Shown piece by piece: positions 39,214-47,899 of a DNA stretch of 64,000 bases. A program made the translations under genes and the position numbers. Within the stretch, counting starts at the first letter, position 1. Each line of letters opens with the position of its first letter. Below the pieces are notes generated by a model. The model saw only the letters and a program-made list of their open reading frames with translations. It did not search any database and was not told the DNA's origin. Source of the DNA: Planctomycetota bacterium (lineage in GTDB: Bacteria; Planctomycetota; UBA1135; UBA2386). The stretch is from positions 32,001 to 96,000 of the forward strand of contig OZ245838.1 of assembly GCA_965228735.1 (NCBI GenBank). The letters run 5' to 3'.

Positions 39214-40545
39214 ATGGCAAAGAAGGCTCGTCGTCGTCGCCGTCTGAAGACCTCCCATCCGGGCGTGAAGTTGCTCCGGCGGCCGTCCAACGGCGTGTGG
39301 ATCGCGCGGTGGGCGGACCCGATCTCCGGCAAGTCCTGCCAGTAGTCGATGCCCGCGATCGGCGTCACGTCGGAGGAGGCCCGCGTGGCCTGGGCCAAGA
39401 ACAAGTCGCAGTCGATCAAGCAGGTCGCAGCGGCGATCGCGAGCGGCACGGCCATCGCCGAGCGGATCACGATCAAGGCTGCGGTCGCCGCGTTCCTTGA
39501 GGCGTCCACCGCGCAGCCGAGCACGATCGCGAGCTACAAGCCTGCCCTCGCGCGGTTCGAGCAGTGGGCGGCGAAGGCCGGTGTCCGTGAGACCCAGGAC
39601 TTGAAGCCGCCGCACCTGACCGCGTTCCGCGAGTTCGCGGCCAAGCTTACGGTCGCGGCGCCGAAGCCCGGCGCGAAACGTGGCAAGCGGCAGGCCAGCA
39701 CGCGGCGACACTCGACCGTGACCGTGAACACGACCTTGGGGCTGACGAAGATGGCGCTGCGCTGGATGCGGCTCCGGGGCTTCCTGCCGCACGTTGACTC
39801 CGACGCCGTGCGCGAGCGCCTGAAGCCGCTGAAGGTGGACAGGGACGCGCCGGAGATTCTGCGGCCGGCGCAGGCGAAGAAGCTGTTGGAGGCCGCGCAG
39901 CGCCACGACGCCACGACGTTCGACAAGACCCGCGCCGAGCACAGCGGGGAGGGGGAGGTCGGCACCACGGTTCGCTACGAGCCGTGTGCGCCGTTCGTGC
40001 TGCTCCTGCTGCTCACGGGCATGCGCGCGGGGGAAGCGATCGGCCTGCGGTGGGACGAGGTCGATCTCGCGGCCGAGGAGATCCGGCTGCCGGCGTCGCG
40101 GGTCAAGACGCGCATGGCGAGAACGATCACGCTGACCGAGTCGCCGACGGCCATCGACCTGCTGCGCGCTCTGCGGCTCCGTGTGCGCGGCTCCCGCGTC
40201 TTCCCGGTCTGGACCGCCGACCTGGCGAAGTCGACCAGGGCGCGGCTCCTGAAGGACTACAAGGCGCCTGCGAAGTTCTCGTGGCAGGCGTGCCGCCGCA
40301 CCTGTGCGGCGATTGGCACGAACGCGCCCGGCGTCTTTGGCGCCGCCAGCGCGTATCGGTCGGCGAAGCGGCTCGGCCACGGTGTGCAGGTCGCCGAGCG
40401 GTCATACGTCGACCTAATCCGAAACCTGCCGGCAGACGCGACAACGTTCGAGGCCGCGATGGGGATCGAGGCCGAGGCGAAGGCGATCGTCGAGTCCGTG
40501 GGCGGCATCGTCGCCGAGAACGGCGAGCCGGCTGCGACCGGCTGA
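39214..40545 (+). CDS. int: Tyrosine integrase with an in-frame TAG at 39343-39345 (pseudogene, or shorter product from ATG 39349)
   Basis: MAKKARRRRRLKTSHPGVKL..WIARWADPISGKSCQ*SMPAIG; TGMRAGEAIGLRWDEVD, RVKT, ACRRT, RLGH..SY. Confidence 0.88.
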
Positions 40546-40621
40546 GTCCCAGCGGGTCGCGACACAGAAAGCGCCTCCGTGTCCCCCATGAGCCCGGCGA
40601 CCCGGGCTAGGACTGGCGGAC

Positions 40622-40813
40622 ATGAGCACGACTACCGCCGCCGAGTTCGACGACCTGCCGCAGCTGTTGACCGTCGAGCAGGTCGCCAACTTCTGCACCT
40701 GCCACGACCGCTCCGTCCGCCGCTGGATCGCCCAGGGCCGGCTCGCGATCGTTCGGGTCGGGTCAAGGATCCGGATCACGAAGAACTCGCTGCAGGGCTT
40801 CCTGGGGCTCTGA
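40622..40813 (+). CDS. Excisionase-family / AlpA-like HTH protein
   Basis: LLTVEQVANFCTCHDRSVRRWIAQGRLAIVRVGSRIRI. Confidence 0.88.
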   Translation: MSTTTAAEFDDLPQLLTVEQVANFCTCHDRSVRRWIAQGRLAIVRVGSRIRITKNSLQGFLGL

Positions 40814-40816
40814 GGG

Positions 40817-42508
40817 ATGGTGGCTGCCACCACAACGAGCACGGGCACCGGCTCCGGCGCGATGCAGAACCTCGACGCCGAGCGCTCGGTCATCGGGGCG
40901 CTGCTGCTCGACGCGGACGCCCTCGCAGGCGTCGCCGGGTTGCGCCCCGAGGACTTCACATTGCGCCGTCACTCGCTGATCTTCACTGCCATCCTCGCCG
41001 CACGCGCTGCCGATCGCGGCACCGGCCCGCTCGCCGTTGGCGACGAGCTTCAACGACGCGGCCAGTTTGACGAGGCGGGCGGGCACGGGCTGCTGCTGGA
41101 CCTTCTCGAAGAGGCCCAAGCGCTCGCCGCGAACACTCAGGTTGAGCACCACGCGCGGATCGTCTCCGACCACGCGCGGCGCCGGCGTTTGGCGGCGGGT
41201 CTTCGGACCGCTGCGCATCGCGTCGAAGAAGGCGAGGATCCTGCCGAAGTCGAGGCGCGGCTTCGTGAGCACCTGGACGTCGCAGCACCCGCGCCGCGGC
41301 GGCGCGTTCGTGGTGCGCTTGAGGCGGCGACGGAGCCACCCGAGTCCTGGCTTGTCGATGATCTCCTACCGCTACGTGGCCTCGCGGTGCTCGCTGGCGC
41401 GCCATCGGCGGGCAAGTCGCTGCTCGCGCTCGATGTCAGCATGCGCGCGGCCCACGGGCTGCGGTTCTTCGGGCGCGCCGTGCGCCGCTCCTCGACGATC
41501 TACCTCGTAGGCGAAGGCCGGTTCGGCGCTCGCGTTCGCGCGTGGCGTCAGGCGCAGTCCGGGGCGCGCCTCTTGGACTGCGCCTTCGTCGATCTGGTCG
41601 ACGGGATCCCTGACTTGACGCAATCGACGGGCGTCGCCGAGTTGCGGAGCCTGGTCGAAGATGCCGCACGCCGGCACGGGCACCTTCCCGGGCTCATCGT
41701 TGTCGACACGCTGGCGATCGCGACCCCGGGTGCCGACGAGAACGACGCCGGAGCGATCGGGGCTGTCGTGGGGGCCCTGCTTGCGCTGTCGCGCGAGTTC
41801 GACCTGTTGGTCCTAGCCCTGCACCACCTCCGAAAGGGGCAGCCTGGGGCTCCTCGCGGCGGCGCAGACGCCGTCCGCGGGTCTGGGGCGCTGGTCGGTG
41901 CGGCAGATGCGGTTCTTGTTGCGGGCCAGGACGGCGACAGCAACGTGCTGCGCGTTGAGAAGTCCCGCGACGCGGAGCGTGGCCGGCCCTTGCGATACGA
42001 GGTCCGCGGGATTGCGACCGGGATCGCACGAGAGGACGGCAAGCCGGAGTTCGCCCCGGTCGTCATGCGCGCCGACGACAACGCCGGCGCGGCTGAGGAG
42101 GCCCGGCGTCGTGAGGTCGCCGCCGATGAACAGCGGCTGCGTGCTGTGGTCGAGGCGGTGGCCGGGATGGACGGAGGATTCGCGAAGTCGAAGCGCGCGA
42201 TCGTCGCGAGCGTCGCCGGTCGCGACCGCGACATCTACGCCGCGATCCAGGCCGCCGTCGAAGCTCGGAAACTGCTGCCCGAGGGTCGCGGGTTCCGAGT
42301 GCCCGAAACGCTGCCCGGAAGTGCTGCCGCTGGTGCTGCCCCCCTACGGGGGGCGGGCAGCACGGGCAGCGGTCAGCAGAGTGCTTCCGACGCTGCCGGG
42401 GCAGCACCGGGCAGCACCGGGCAGCACTTGCGGAACGGGGAGTCGGGGGTCGAGCCGCAGAACGACGGCATCGACGAGCGCAGCGGCAAGCGGCGGAGGA
42501 CTTCCTGA
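40817..42508 (+). CDS. Replication protein: DnaB N-terminal domain plus RepA/AAA_25-type SF4 helicase
   Basis: DAERSVIGALLL..PEDF..HSLIF..EAGG..HARIV; GAPSAGKS, IVVDTL, DEND, HHLRK, RGSGALVGAAD. Confidence 0.85.
   Translation: MVAATTTSTGTGSGAMQNLDAERSVIGALLLDADALAGVAGLRPEDFTLRRHSLIFTAILAARAADRGTGPLAVGDELQRRGQFDEAGGHGLLLDLLEEAQALAANTQVEHHARIVSDHARRRRLAAGLRTAAHRVEEGEDPAEVEARLREHLDVAAPAPRRRVRGALEAATEPPESWLVDDLLPLRGLAVLAGAPSAGKSLLALDVSMRAAHGLRFFGRAVRRSSTIYLVGEGRFGARVRAWRQAQSGARLLDCAFVDLVDGIPDLTQSTGVAELRSLVEDAARRHGHLPGLIVVDTLAIATPGADENDAGAIGAVVGALLALSREFDLLVLALHHLRKGQPGAPRGGADAVRGSGALVGAADAVLVAGQDGDSNVLRVEKSRDAERGRPLRYEVRGIATGIAREDGKPEFAPVVMRADDNAGAAEEARRREVAADEQRLRAVVEAVAGMDGGFAKSKRAIVASVAGRDRDIYAAIQAAVEARKLLPEGRGFRVPETLPGSAAAGAAPLRGAGSTGSGQQSASDAAGAAPGSTGQHLRNGESGVEPQNDGIDERSGKRRRTS
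42309..42427. repeat. Iteron cluster (GGCAGCAC/GTGCTGCC) around a GCCCCCC-TAC-GGGGGGC hairpin; putative origin
   Basis: GTGCTGCC at 42321 and 42333; GGCAGCAC at 42356, 42400, 42410 and 42420; several degenerate copies; hairpin 42338-42354. Confidence 0.7.
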
Positions 42509-42720
42509 TGGTCACGTGCCCGATCTGCGAGGACGGATTGCAGGAACTACAGCGCGGCCTGTGCCCACGCTGCGGCGACGCCGAGCGATCTGCCCGCCGG
42601 TCGCTCCGTGAGCGCGTGCTCGCCGCCCTGGAGCGCGGCGATCGGCCGGAGGCCGTCCGGGCCGAGAAGGCCCTACTCGACGAACTGCGCGGCCCTGTGC
42701 GGGCACGGAGGCCTCAATGA
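42508..42720 (+). CDS. Small CxxC-CxxC zinc-ribbon protein
   Basis: CPIC..CPRC; TGATG coupling. Confidence 0.6.
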   Translation: MVTCPICEDGLQELQRGLCPRCGDAERSARRSLRERVLAALERGDRPEAVRAEKALLDELRGPVRARRPQ

Positions 42721-42941
42721 CCCCGCGGTGGACGAAGGCGTGGCGCCGCGCGATGGTCGCGGCGATCGGCGACGACGTGGCCGAGGAGCGGCTGCTCGAA
42801 CTCCGCGGGCTCGTGTGCGCGCTCGATGATCCGGAGGTCGCCGCAGTCGTCGCTCGCCATCTTGACCGAGGTGCCCTCGGCCGCGCGCTGCAGCGCGCCA
42901 GGGACGAATACCGGCGCCGTGTGCCGGCGGGGGCGCTGTGA
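42717..42941 (+). CDS. Hypothetical satellite protein
   Basis: ATGA overlap preceded by GGAGG. Confidence 0.6.
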   Translation: MTPRWTKAWRRAMVAAIGDDVAEERLLELRGLVCALDDPEVAAVVARHLDRGALGRALQRARDEYRRRVPAGAL

Positions 42942-43213
42942 CCCGCGCACCCGCAATCGGACTCCGTCTCGCGCACCGCGTGGACGGCACGCCGTTCCTG
43001 CACGGACTCGCCGGCAGCGATTTCACGGTGCCGGCCGGCAGTCGCGTGCAGCTTCGCAGGCTGCGACCGGATGGACCAGGCGACTCGCCGACGCACGCGA
43101 TCGTCTTCGCGCCGCCGGACCCGCGGGTGACTGAGAAGGAGATCGAGCAGGCCGTGCGAGACAGCGCATGGCATCGCGTTGATCCGCGGCGCGCACCCGG
43201 GGAAGCGCCATGA
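42938..43213 (+). CDS. Hypothetical satellite protein
   Basis: GTGA overlap. Confidence 0.55.
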   Translation: MTRAPAIGLRLAHRVDGTPFLHGLAGSDFTVPAGSRVQLRRLRPDGPGDSPTHAIVFAPPDPRVTEKEIEQAVRDSAWHRVDPRRAPGEAP

Positions 43214-43372
43214 CCCCGAACACGAACACCGCTCGACGGCGCGGCCCGCGTCGCCGAGCACCGGCCGTTCGCGCGCAACACAGGGGCGCGTGCGCGGCCT
43301 GTCTTCATTCTGTCCGGACACAGCCGCCACGTTGGCGGCGTCGTGACCGGGCCAACCCGACTGATTCACGAC

Positions 43373-44242
43373 ATGAGCAACAACACCGATGACCGTGCTG
43401 GCGACGTGCTGGCACAACTTGAGCAGCGCCGAGCCGGCCAGGCACAAGCCGAGGCCACCGCGCGCCAGCAGGCCGTGGCCGCCTATGCCGCGGCGATCCG
43501 CAGTCAGTGCGACGATGGCGTCGAGGCGCCGGCCGTCGAGCAACTTGACGCCGCACTCCGTGCGCTTGACCTCACCGTCGACGACCTTCGCCATGATGCG
43601 AACGTTGTCGCCGGAATCCTGAGAGACCGGGAGAGCGACCCCGCCGAGGCGGTGGCAGTTCTTGAGCGAGCTTCCCGCGAACGCGATCGGCTGCTCGATG
43701 AGGCGCGCGAACTGCGAGCGCGGGCGGACGAGATCGAGACCGCAGCGCAGCAGGAGCACGCCGCCGCCGAGCGGGAGGCGCAGGCCGTGCAGCAAGCGCA
43801 CGCGCAGGCCGACGAGCGCTTGCGCATCATGGTCGACCGTCTCGCGCAACGCGGCGTGACCATCGACGCCGAACTCGCGGCCGTGCTGCAGCGGCCGGCG
43901 GAACCGGAACGGCCGGCGCGGCACCTCCACGAAGTTCGCGCCAAGGTCGCCGTTCACGTCGACGGCCGGTCTCGTCAGGCCGGCGAGGTCTTCATTTGGA
44001 ACTGCGCGGACGAAGAACTCCGCGAGCGCGCGGATGTTCTTGAGCTTGCCCAGCAAGATCCTGCGCCGACTCCGTTCGATGGCCCCGACCCCACGCCCCG
44101 CGGAAAGGGCGATGATGATCTGGTCGACCTTCGCGACTGGCCGCACACGAGTGCTGGGTTCGCGGCGCGTGAACGTGCGCTTGCCGAACAGCGCGACACG
44201 GCCGAGGCCAAGGCGGCGGTAGGGGAGGGCGCCCCGCAATGA
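43373..44242 (+). CDS. Coiled-coil satellite protein
   Basis: Ala/Glu/Arg-rich helical sequence; ATGA overlap with the next gene. Confidence 0.7.
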   Translation: MSNNTDDRAGDVLAQLEQRRAGQAQAEATARQQAVAAYAAAIRSQCDDGVEAPAVEQLDAALRALDLTVDDLRHDANVVAGILRDRESDPAEAVAVLERASRERDRLLDEARELRARADEIETAAQQEHAAAEREAQAVQQAHAQADERLRIMVDRLAQRGVTIDAELAAVLQRPAEPERPARHLHEVRAKVAVHVDGRSRQAGEVFIWNCADEELRERADVLELAQQDPAPTPFDGPDPTPRGKGDDDLVDLRDWPHTSAGFAARERALAEQRDTAEAKAAVGEGAPQ

Positions 44243-44631
44243 CGAGCCTCGACTTCAACGAAGCCGCGACCAAGCTGTTCGGCGGCGCGGGATCGAAGCC
44301 GGCCACCACCGCCGCGGCCGAGCCCACGAACTTCCGCGACGCGGCGACCGCGGTCTACGGCACGAGCGAGCCATCCTCTGAGCCGCCCGTCACGCGCGAC
44401 GACCTGAGCGGCATCTCGTTGTTCGGTTCGCCGGACGAATGGCGTGCCGAGATCGAGCGCGCCTACGGCCCCGATCTGCCGGTCGCGCAGCGGCTGGCCG
44501 CGGCCGGGCTTGCTGCTGACTCGGACGATCCGGCCGCAGCCCGGGCAGCGATCGCTCAAGGTGGCGTCTCGCCTGCCCGGTTCCGCGAACTCGTAGCGAT
44601 CGGCCGTCGTGTCGCTGGGGGCGGCCGATGA
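44239..44631 (+). CDS. Hypothetical protein, possibly capsid-scaffold-like
   Basis: Repeats FNEAATKLFG / FRDAATAVYG; EWRAEIERAYG..FRELVAIGRR. Confidence 0.65.
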   Translation: MTSLDFNEAATKLFGGAGSKPATTAAAEPTNFRDAATAVYGTSEPSSEPPVTRDDLSGISLFGSPDEWRAEIERAYGPDLPVAQRLAAAGLAADSDDPAAARAAIAQGGVSPARFRELVAIGRRVAGGGR

Positions 44632-45053
44632 GTGCCGTCCCTGATTCGCAGGCCGGAACAGGCGGGCGCGACCCGGCAACGGGTCGATTTCGTCCGGGGT
44701 TCTCCGGCAATCCAGCCGGCCGACCTGGGCGCCCGAGCGCGATCCGCATCGCGTCCGAGCGAGCGCAGGAGCGGGGCACAACGATCGAGGCCGAATTGGG
44801 TCTCGTGTTCGACGCCTTGCTGGACAGGGCCAAGGCCGGCGATGTTCAGGCGGCGCGACTGCTGCTCGACGCGCTCGTTGAGCGTGACCCGACGCGCGTC
44901 GAGGTCATCGAGCACGAGAACCCGGCCGCCATGCCGGAGGACGAGCGGATCGCGCGCGTCATGCAGTTCGTTCGGATCGCCGAAGGGCGCCGCGCAGCTG
45001 CAGAGGCCGCAGAAGCTGACCGTGAGGATCCCGAGGGCGATGACGCCGGCTGA
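44628..45053 (+). CDS. Terminase small subunit-like protein (DUF5681-type)
   Basis: RDPATGRFRPGFSGNPAGRP; AKAGDVQAARLLLD. Confidence 0.72.
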   Translation: MSAVPDSQAGTGGRDPATGRFRPGFSGNPAGRPGRPSAIRIASERAQERGTTIEAELGLVFDALLDRAKAGDVQAARLLLDALVERDPTRVEVIEHENPAAMPEDERIARVMQFVRIAEGRRAAAEAAEADREDPEGDDAG

Positions 45054-45588
45054 CACGGTCCGAGCGGCGATGACGCGGTGGGTTCGGCCTGCCGTGACGG
45101 CGCCGATGGACTCTGTCGGCGCCGCGGTGTCGGCCGGCGAGGTTGCCATCGCGCGCCGGCACGGCGCCTGGTTCGACGAGTTGATCGTGCATTCCGTCGA
45201 TGACCGCCGAGACGGGCCGGCTGTCGCTGGGGCGCTCGTGGCGGCGGCCCGCGACCTCGCTCCCGTCCATGTCGTCGTTCTTGATCCGGGGCGCGATCCC
45301 GTTGGTCACTTGCGAGCCCTCGCGCTCCAGGTCGAGCAGGTCGACGAGCGCCGGGCTGTCGCCCTTGTCGATCGACTCGTGGAGGCGGCGGGCCGTGAAC
45401 GCGATCCGATCGCGCTGCCCGACGACCCGTGCCTGCTCGCGCCCCTGTGTGGTCGACAACGTCCCGATGTCCTAGCCTTGGCTGTGGCCACCGCGCTGAT
45501 CGAAACCCCGCGACGGGACGACGTGCGCGACCTCGCGCGCGGCCACGACCGCAACGAGTTCGATCCGTTCGCCCCCTTCCGCAGGTAG
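45040..45588 (+). CDS. Stand-alone degenerate terminase-large-subunit nuclease-like domain
   Basis: GAGGG before ATG; VAIARRHG, IALPDD..L, RPDVLALAVA, EFDPFA; no Walker motifs. Confidence 0.5.
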   Translation: MTPADTVRAAMTRWVRPAVTAPMDSVGAAVSAGEVAIARRHGAWFDELIVHSVDDRRDGPAVAGALVAAARDLAPVHVVVLDPGRDPVGHLRALALQVEQVDERRAVALVDRLVEAAGRERDPIALPDDPCLLAPLCGRQRPDVLALAVATALIETPRRDDVRDLARGHDRNEFDPFAPFRR

Positions 45589-45597
45589 CGTCTCGGC

Positions 45598-45912
45598 ATG
45601 TGTCCGCGCCCGCTCCTTCGCCGCGAGCCGGCCGCCGCCCTGCCTCGGTGGGTCGGCGTAGCGCCGCGGGTGCCGGCCGTCATCGTGCGCGACCTGATGG
45701 CGCTCGCCGGGCGCTGTGACCGCGCCATCCCAGAGTTGCGTCGAGCGGTCCGGGCGGCCCGTCGAGCCGTCGATCGCGCGTGTCCCGATCCTGGAGTTCA
45801 CGCCGCGCTACGAGCCCGGCTCCGTGACGCTGAGCAGGAACTGGAGGCGGCCAAGACCGCAGCCGAGGAGGCAGCGCGCTGGGCTCGGGAACTCCGGTCG
45901 GCGATGGTGTAG
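45598..45912 (+). CDS. Hypothetical helical protein
   Basis: Fills the gap in the co-oriented gene string. Confidence 0.45.
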   Translation: MCPRPLLRREPAAALPRWVGVAPRVPAVIVRDLMALAGRCDRAIPELRRAVRAARRAVDRACPDPGVHAALRARLRDAEQELEAAKTAAEEAARWARELRSAMV

Positions 45913-45955
45913 GATCGCGGGCGGGGTGCGCAGTGGAGGGAGCCAGGAGCCCCTG

Positions 45956-46312
45956 ATGCACGACGACGCGCTGTCCCTCCCTCTCGGCCCCAAGCTCGAC
46001 CGCGAAGTCGCCGAGGCTATCGGGCACCCGACCGCCGACCCGGAGACCGTGAAGTTGGGTCTGCCGACGACCGGGATGGGGGCGACGTTTCCACCGTCCT
46101 TCTCAGCCGGCCTGCAGGAAGCGCGGTTGCTGGTCTCATGGATCGGAGAGGCGGACCCGGCCGCGCGGCTGGTCGTGACTCACGACTTCGCATCCGGCAC
46201 GGTCACGGCCGCGACCGATCGGGGTTCGTCCGGCCCGTGCGCGACCCGCAACGAGGCGCTGTGCCGGCTGATTCTGGCGGCCTACGACCGGCGGCGCCGA
46301 GGTCATCACTGA
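45956..46312 (+). CDS. Phage ABA-sandwich-like protein
   Basis: AGGAG RBS; KLDREVAEAIG..PSFS..EARLLV..ATRNEALCRLIL. Confidence 0.6.
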   Translation: MHDDALSLPLGPKLDREVAEAIGHPTADPETVKLGLPTTGMGATFPPSFSAGLQEARLLVSWIGEADPAARLVVTHDFASGTVTAATDRGSSGPCATRNEALCRLILAAYDRRRRGHH

Positions 46313-46430
46313 GGTCGCCGCAGGGGCCTCGCTGGACACGTCTCGCGGGCGTCTGGCTCGTCGCGTCGAGGTGTTGCGGTGGGCCGAGGAACTGGTCGCT
46401 CGTGAGGCCAGATTCGGGGGCGAATCCGGC

Positions 46431-46455
46431 TCGCTGGGTGACAGTGTGGGTGACA
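46431..46455 (+). repeat. Putative arm-type sites at the right end
   Basis: TCGCTGGGTGACAgtgTGGGTGACA. Confidence 0.7.
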
Positions 46456-46523
46456 GCGGGGCGCTTGCTGTCGGGTGCCGCGGCTGTTCGCGGCTCTAAC
46501 CCTCGGCTGGGCGGCGGGTTATG

Positions 46524-46599
46524 TGGTGGAGAGTAGGGGAGTCGAACCCCTGACCTCTACAATGCCATTGTAGCGCTCTACCAACTGAGCTAACTCCCC
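46524..46599 (-). tRNA. tRNA-Ala(GGC)
   Basis: GGGGAGT-TA-GCTC-AGTTGGTA-GAGC-G-CTACA-ATGGCAT-TGTAG-AGGTC-AGGGG-TTCGACT-CCCCT-ACTCTCC-A-CCA; G3:U70 pair. Confidence 0.97.
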
Positions 46600-46647
46600 G
46601 CCGAGGTCTTGCTTCCGGAGGTGCGGGGACCACCGGGAGGGGCCGAG

Positions 46648-46675
46648 AAGCTAGCGATCGGCGCGCCGGGGTCAA
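46648..46675 (-). promoter_or_regulatory. sigma70-like promoter of tRNA-Ala
   Basis: TTGACC-N16-TAGCTT on the minus strand. Confidence 0.55.
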
Positions 46676-46909
46676 GCGCGAATCGCCCGGTTGCTCGCCG
46701 TGGCTGACATCGGCTTTACCAACGCTTGCGCGATCGGCCCTGGTCGTCGGCGCGTATCGTCGCTACGCTGAGCCGCACTCGCCGAACGATCGTCTAGGCG
46801 CGGTTCGCTTCTGCAGTCGGGTGGTTCCGACTACGTGGACCGGGGGTCGTCGGCGGCAGGTCACAAGTGCGGTCCCGTGGTGTCGCGGCGCCGCCCAACA
46901 GGTCACCCA

Positions 46910-47863
46910 ATGGTCAAGCAAGGTTCGTTCTTCCAGCGCCTCAAGGAGCGCTGGGGATCCTCGTCCGGCGTCCGCGTGGACAACAGCGCGGAGCCGGTTT
47001 CCCGGCGCGCAGGCAGCAGCTCGGCGAAGGCCGCGGTCAAGCCGCAGGCCAGTCGTTCGCAGGCGGGCAACCGTGCGCGGGCGCCGGCGGGCAACGGCAA
47101 GTCGGCCGCCGAGACGCGCAGCAAGCCGGTCGAGCCCGCGCCGCAGGCCCGCGTCGAGCGCGTGCAGCCCGGCCGCGAGCTCGCCGATGGTGCGCCGATC
47201 GAGCGCCGTTCGTCGCGCAAGATGTCGGAGCGCGAAGAGGCGATGATGGCGCTCAACTCGCAGTTTCAGGAGCTGACGACGCTGCTGCGTGGCTCGCACC
47301 AGAGCGTCGACGACAAGCTCGGCAAGCTCGTGCAGGCCACCGACGCGCTGTCGTCGCTGCCCGCGGTCGGCGAACGCCAGCTGCAGGCGCTCAAGGCGAT
47401 CTCCGATCACATGGAGCGCCAGAACGTCCTCGGCGAGCGCATGGCGTCGTCGGTGACGCAGCTGCCGACCATGCTCAGCAAGGTCGAGAAGGCGCTCGAA
47501 CGCGCTGCGGCGACCGACGAGCGCACGGCCGCGACGGTCAAGGAGTTCCAGACGACGATGGATCGCATCCACACGTCGATGAGCGATCAGGTCGCGGCGA
47601 CCCAGCAGCTCGCGGAGCGCAAGGACGAGGGCATGCTCGACATCGCGAAGGGCATCGAGAACTCGAACGAGAAGGCGCTGTCCGATCTCCGTCGCACGAC
47701 GGACGAGAGCCTGCAGTCGCTGCGCCGCACGCACGAAGACCAGAGCAACCGCCTGCAGAAGGTCGTGCAGGAGAACGCCGGCTGGAACCGCGCGGTGCTC
47801 GTCGGCATCGGTCTCGTGGTCGTCGGCATCGGCGCGCTGATCGTGCTGCAGCTGTTCCGCTGA
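46910..47863 (+). CDS. Coiled-coil protein with a C-terminal TM anchor
   Basis: Disordered N-terminus, heptad-rich middle, VLVGIGLVVVGIGALIVLQLF. Confidence 0.8.
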   Translation: MVKQGSFFQRLKERWGSSSGVRVDNSAEPVSRRAGSSSAKAAVKPQASRSQAGNRARAPAGNGKSAAETRSKPVEPAPQARVERVQPGRELADGAPIERRSSRKMSEREEAMMALNSQFQELTTLLRGSHQSVDDKLGKLVQATDALSSLPAVGERQLQALKAISDHMERQNVLGERMASSVTQLPTMLSKVEKALERAAATDERTAATVKEFQTTMDRIHTSMSDQVAATQQLAERKDEGMLDIAKGIENSNEKALSDLRRTTDESLQSLRRTHEDQSNRLQKVVQENAGWNRAVLVGIGLVVVGIGALIVLQLFR

Positions 47864-47899
47864 ACGGTGGGCTCTTTGGTGGGCGAGCCCGAGACGCGG

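Larger units (their letters stand above)
39007..46569. mobile_element. Integrated ~7.5 kb phage-satellite-like (PICI-like) element in tRNA-Ala(GGC)
   Basis: 47-bp perfect direct repeats of the tRNA 3' half; int, xis, replicase, terS; all genes co-oriented; no capsid, tail or lysis genes recognised. Confidence 0.88.

Noticed and set aside
39343..39345. Pyrrolysine or programmed amber recoding in the integrase
   Set aside because: No pyl genes or supporting context; TAG is a normal stop elsewhere; a point mutation is simpler
42309..42427. CRISPR array
   Set aside because: Repeats are 8 bp, in both orientations, with no unique spacers; no cas genes in the window
43210..43392. 60-aa Arg-rich ORF in the satellite
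   Set aside because: Has an ATGA overlap but no recognisable features, overlaps the next start and spans a hairpin (43323-43339); not enough support
39007..46569. Complete prophage or ICE
   Set aside because: Too small; no structural, lysis, relaxase or T4SS genes recognised
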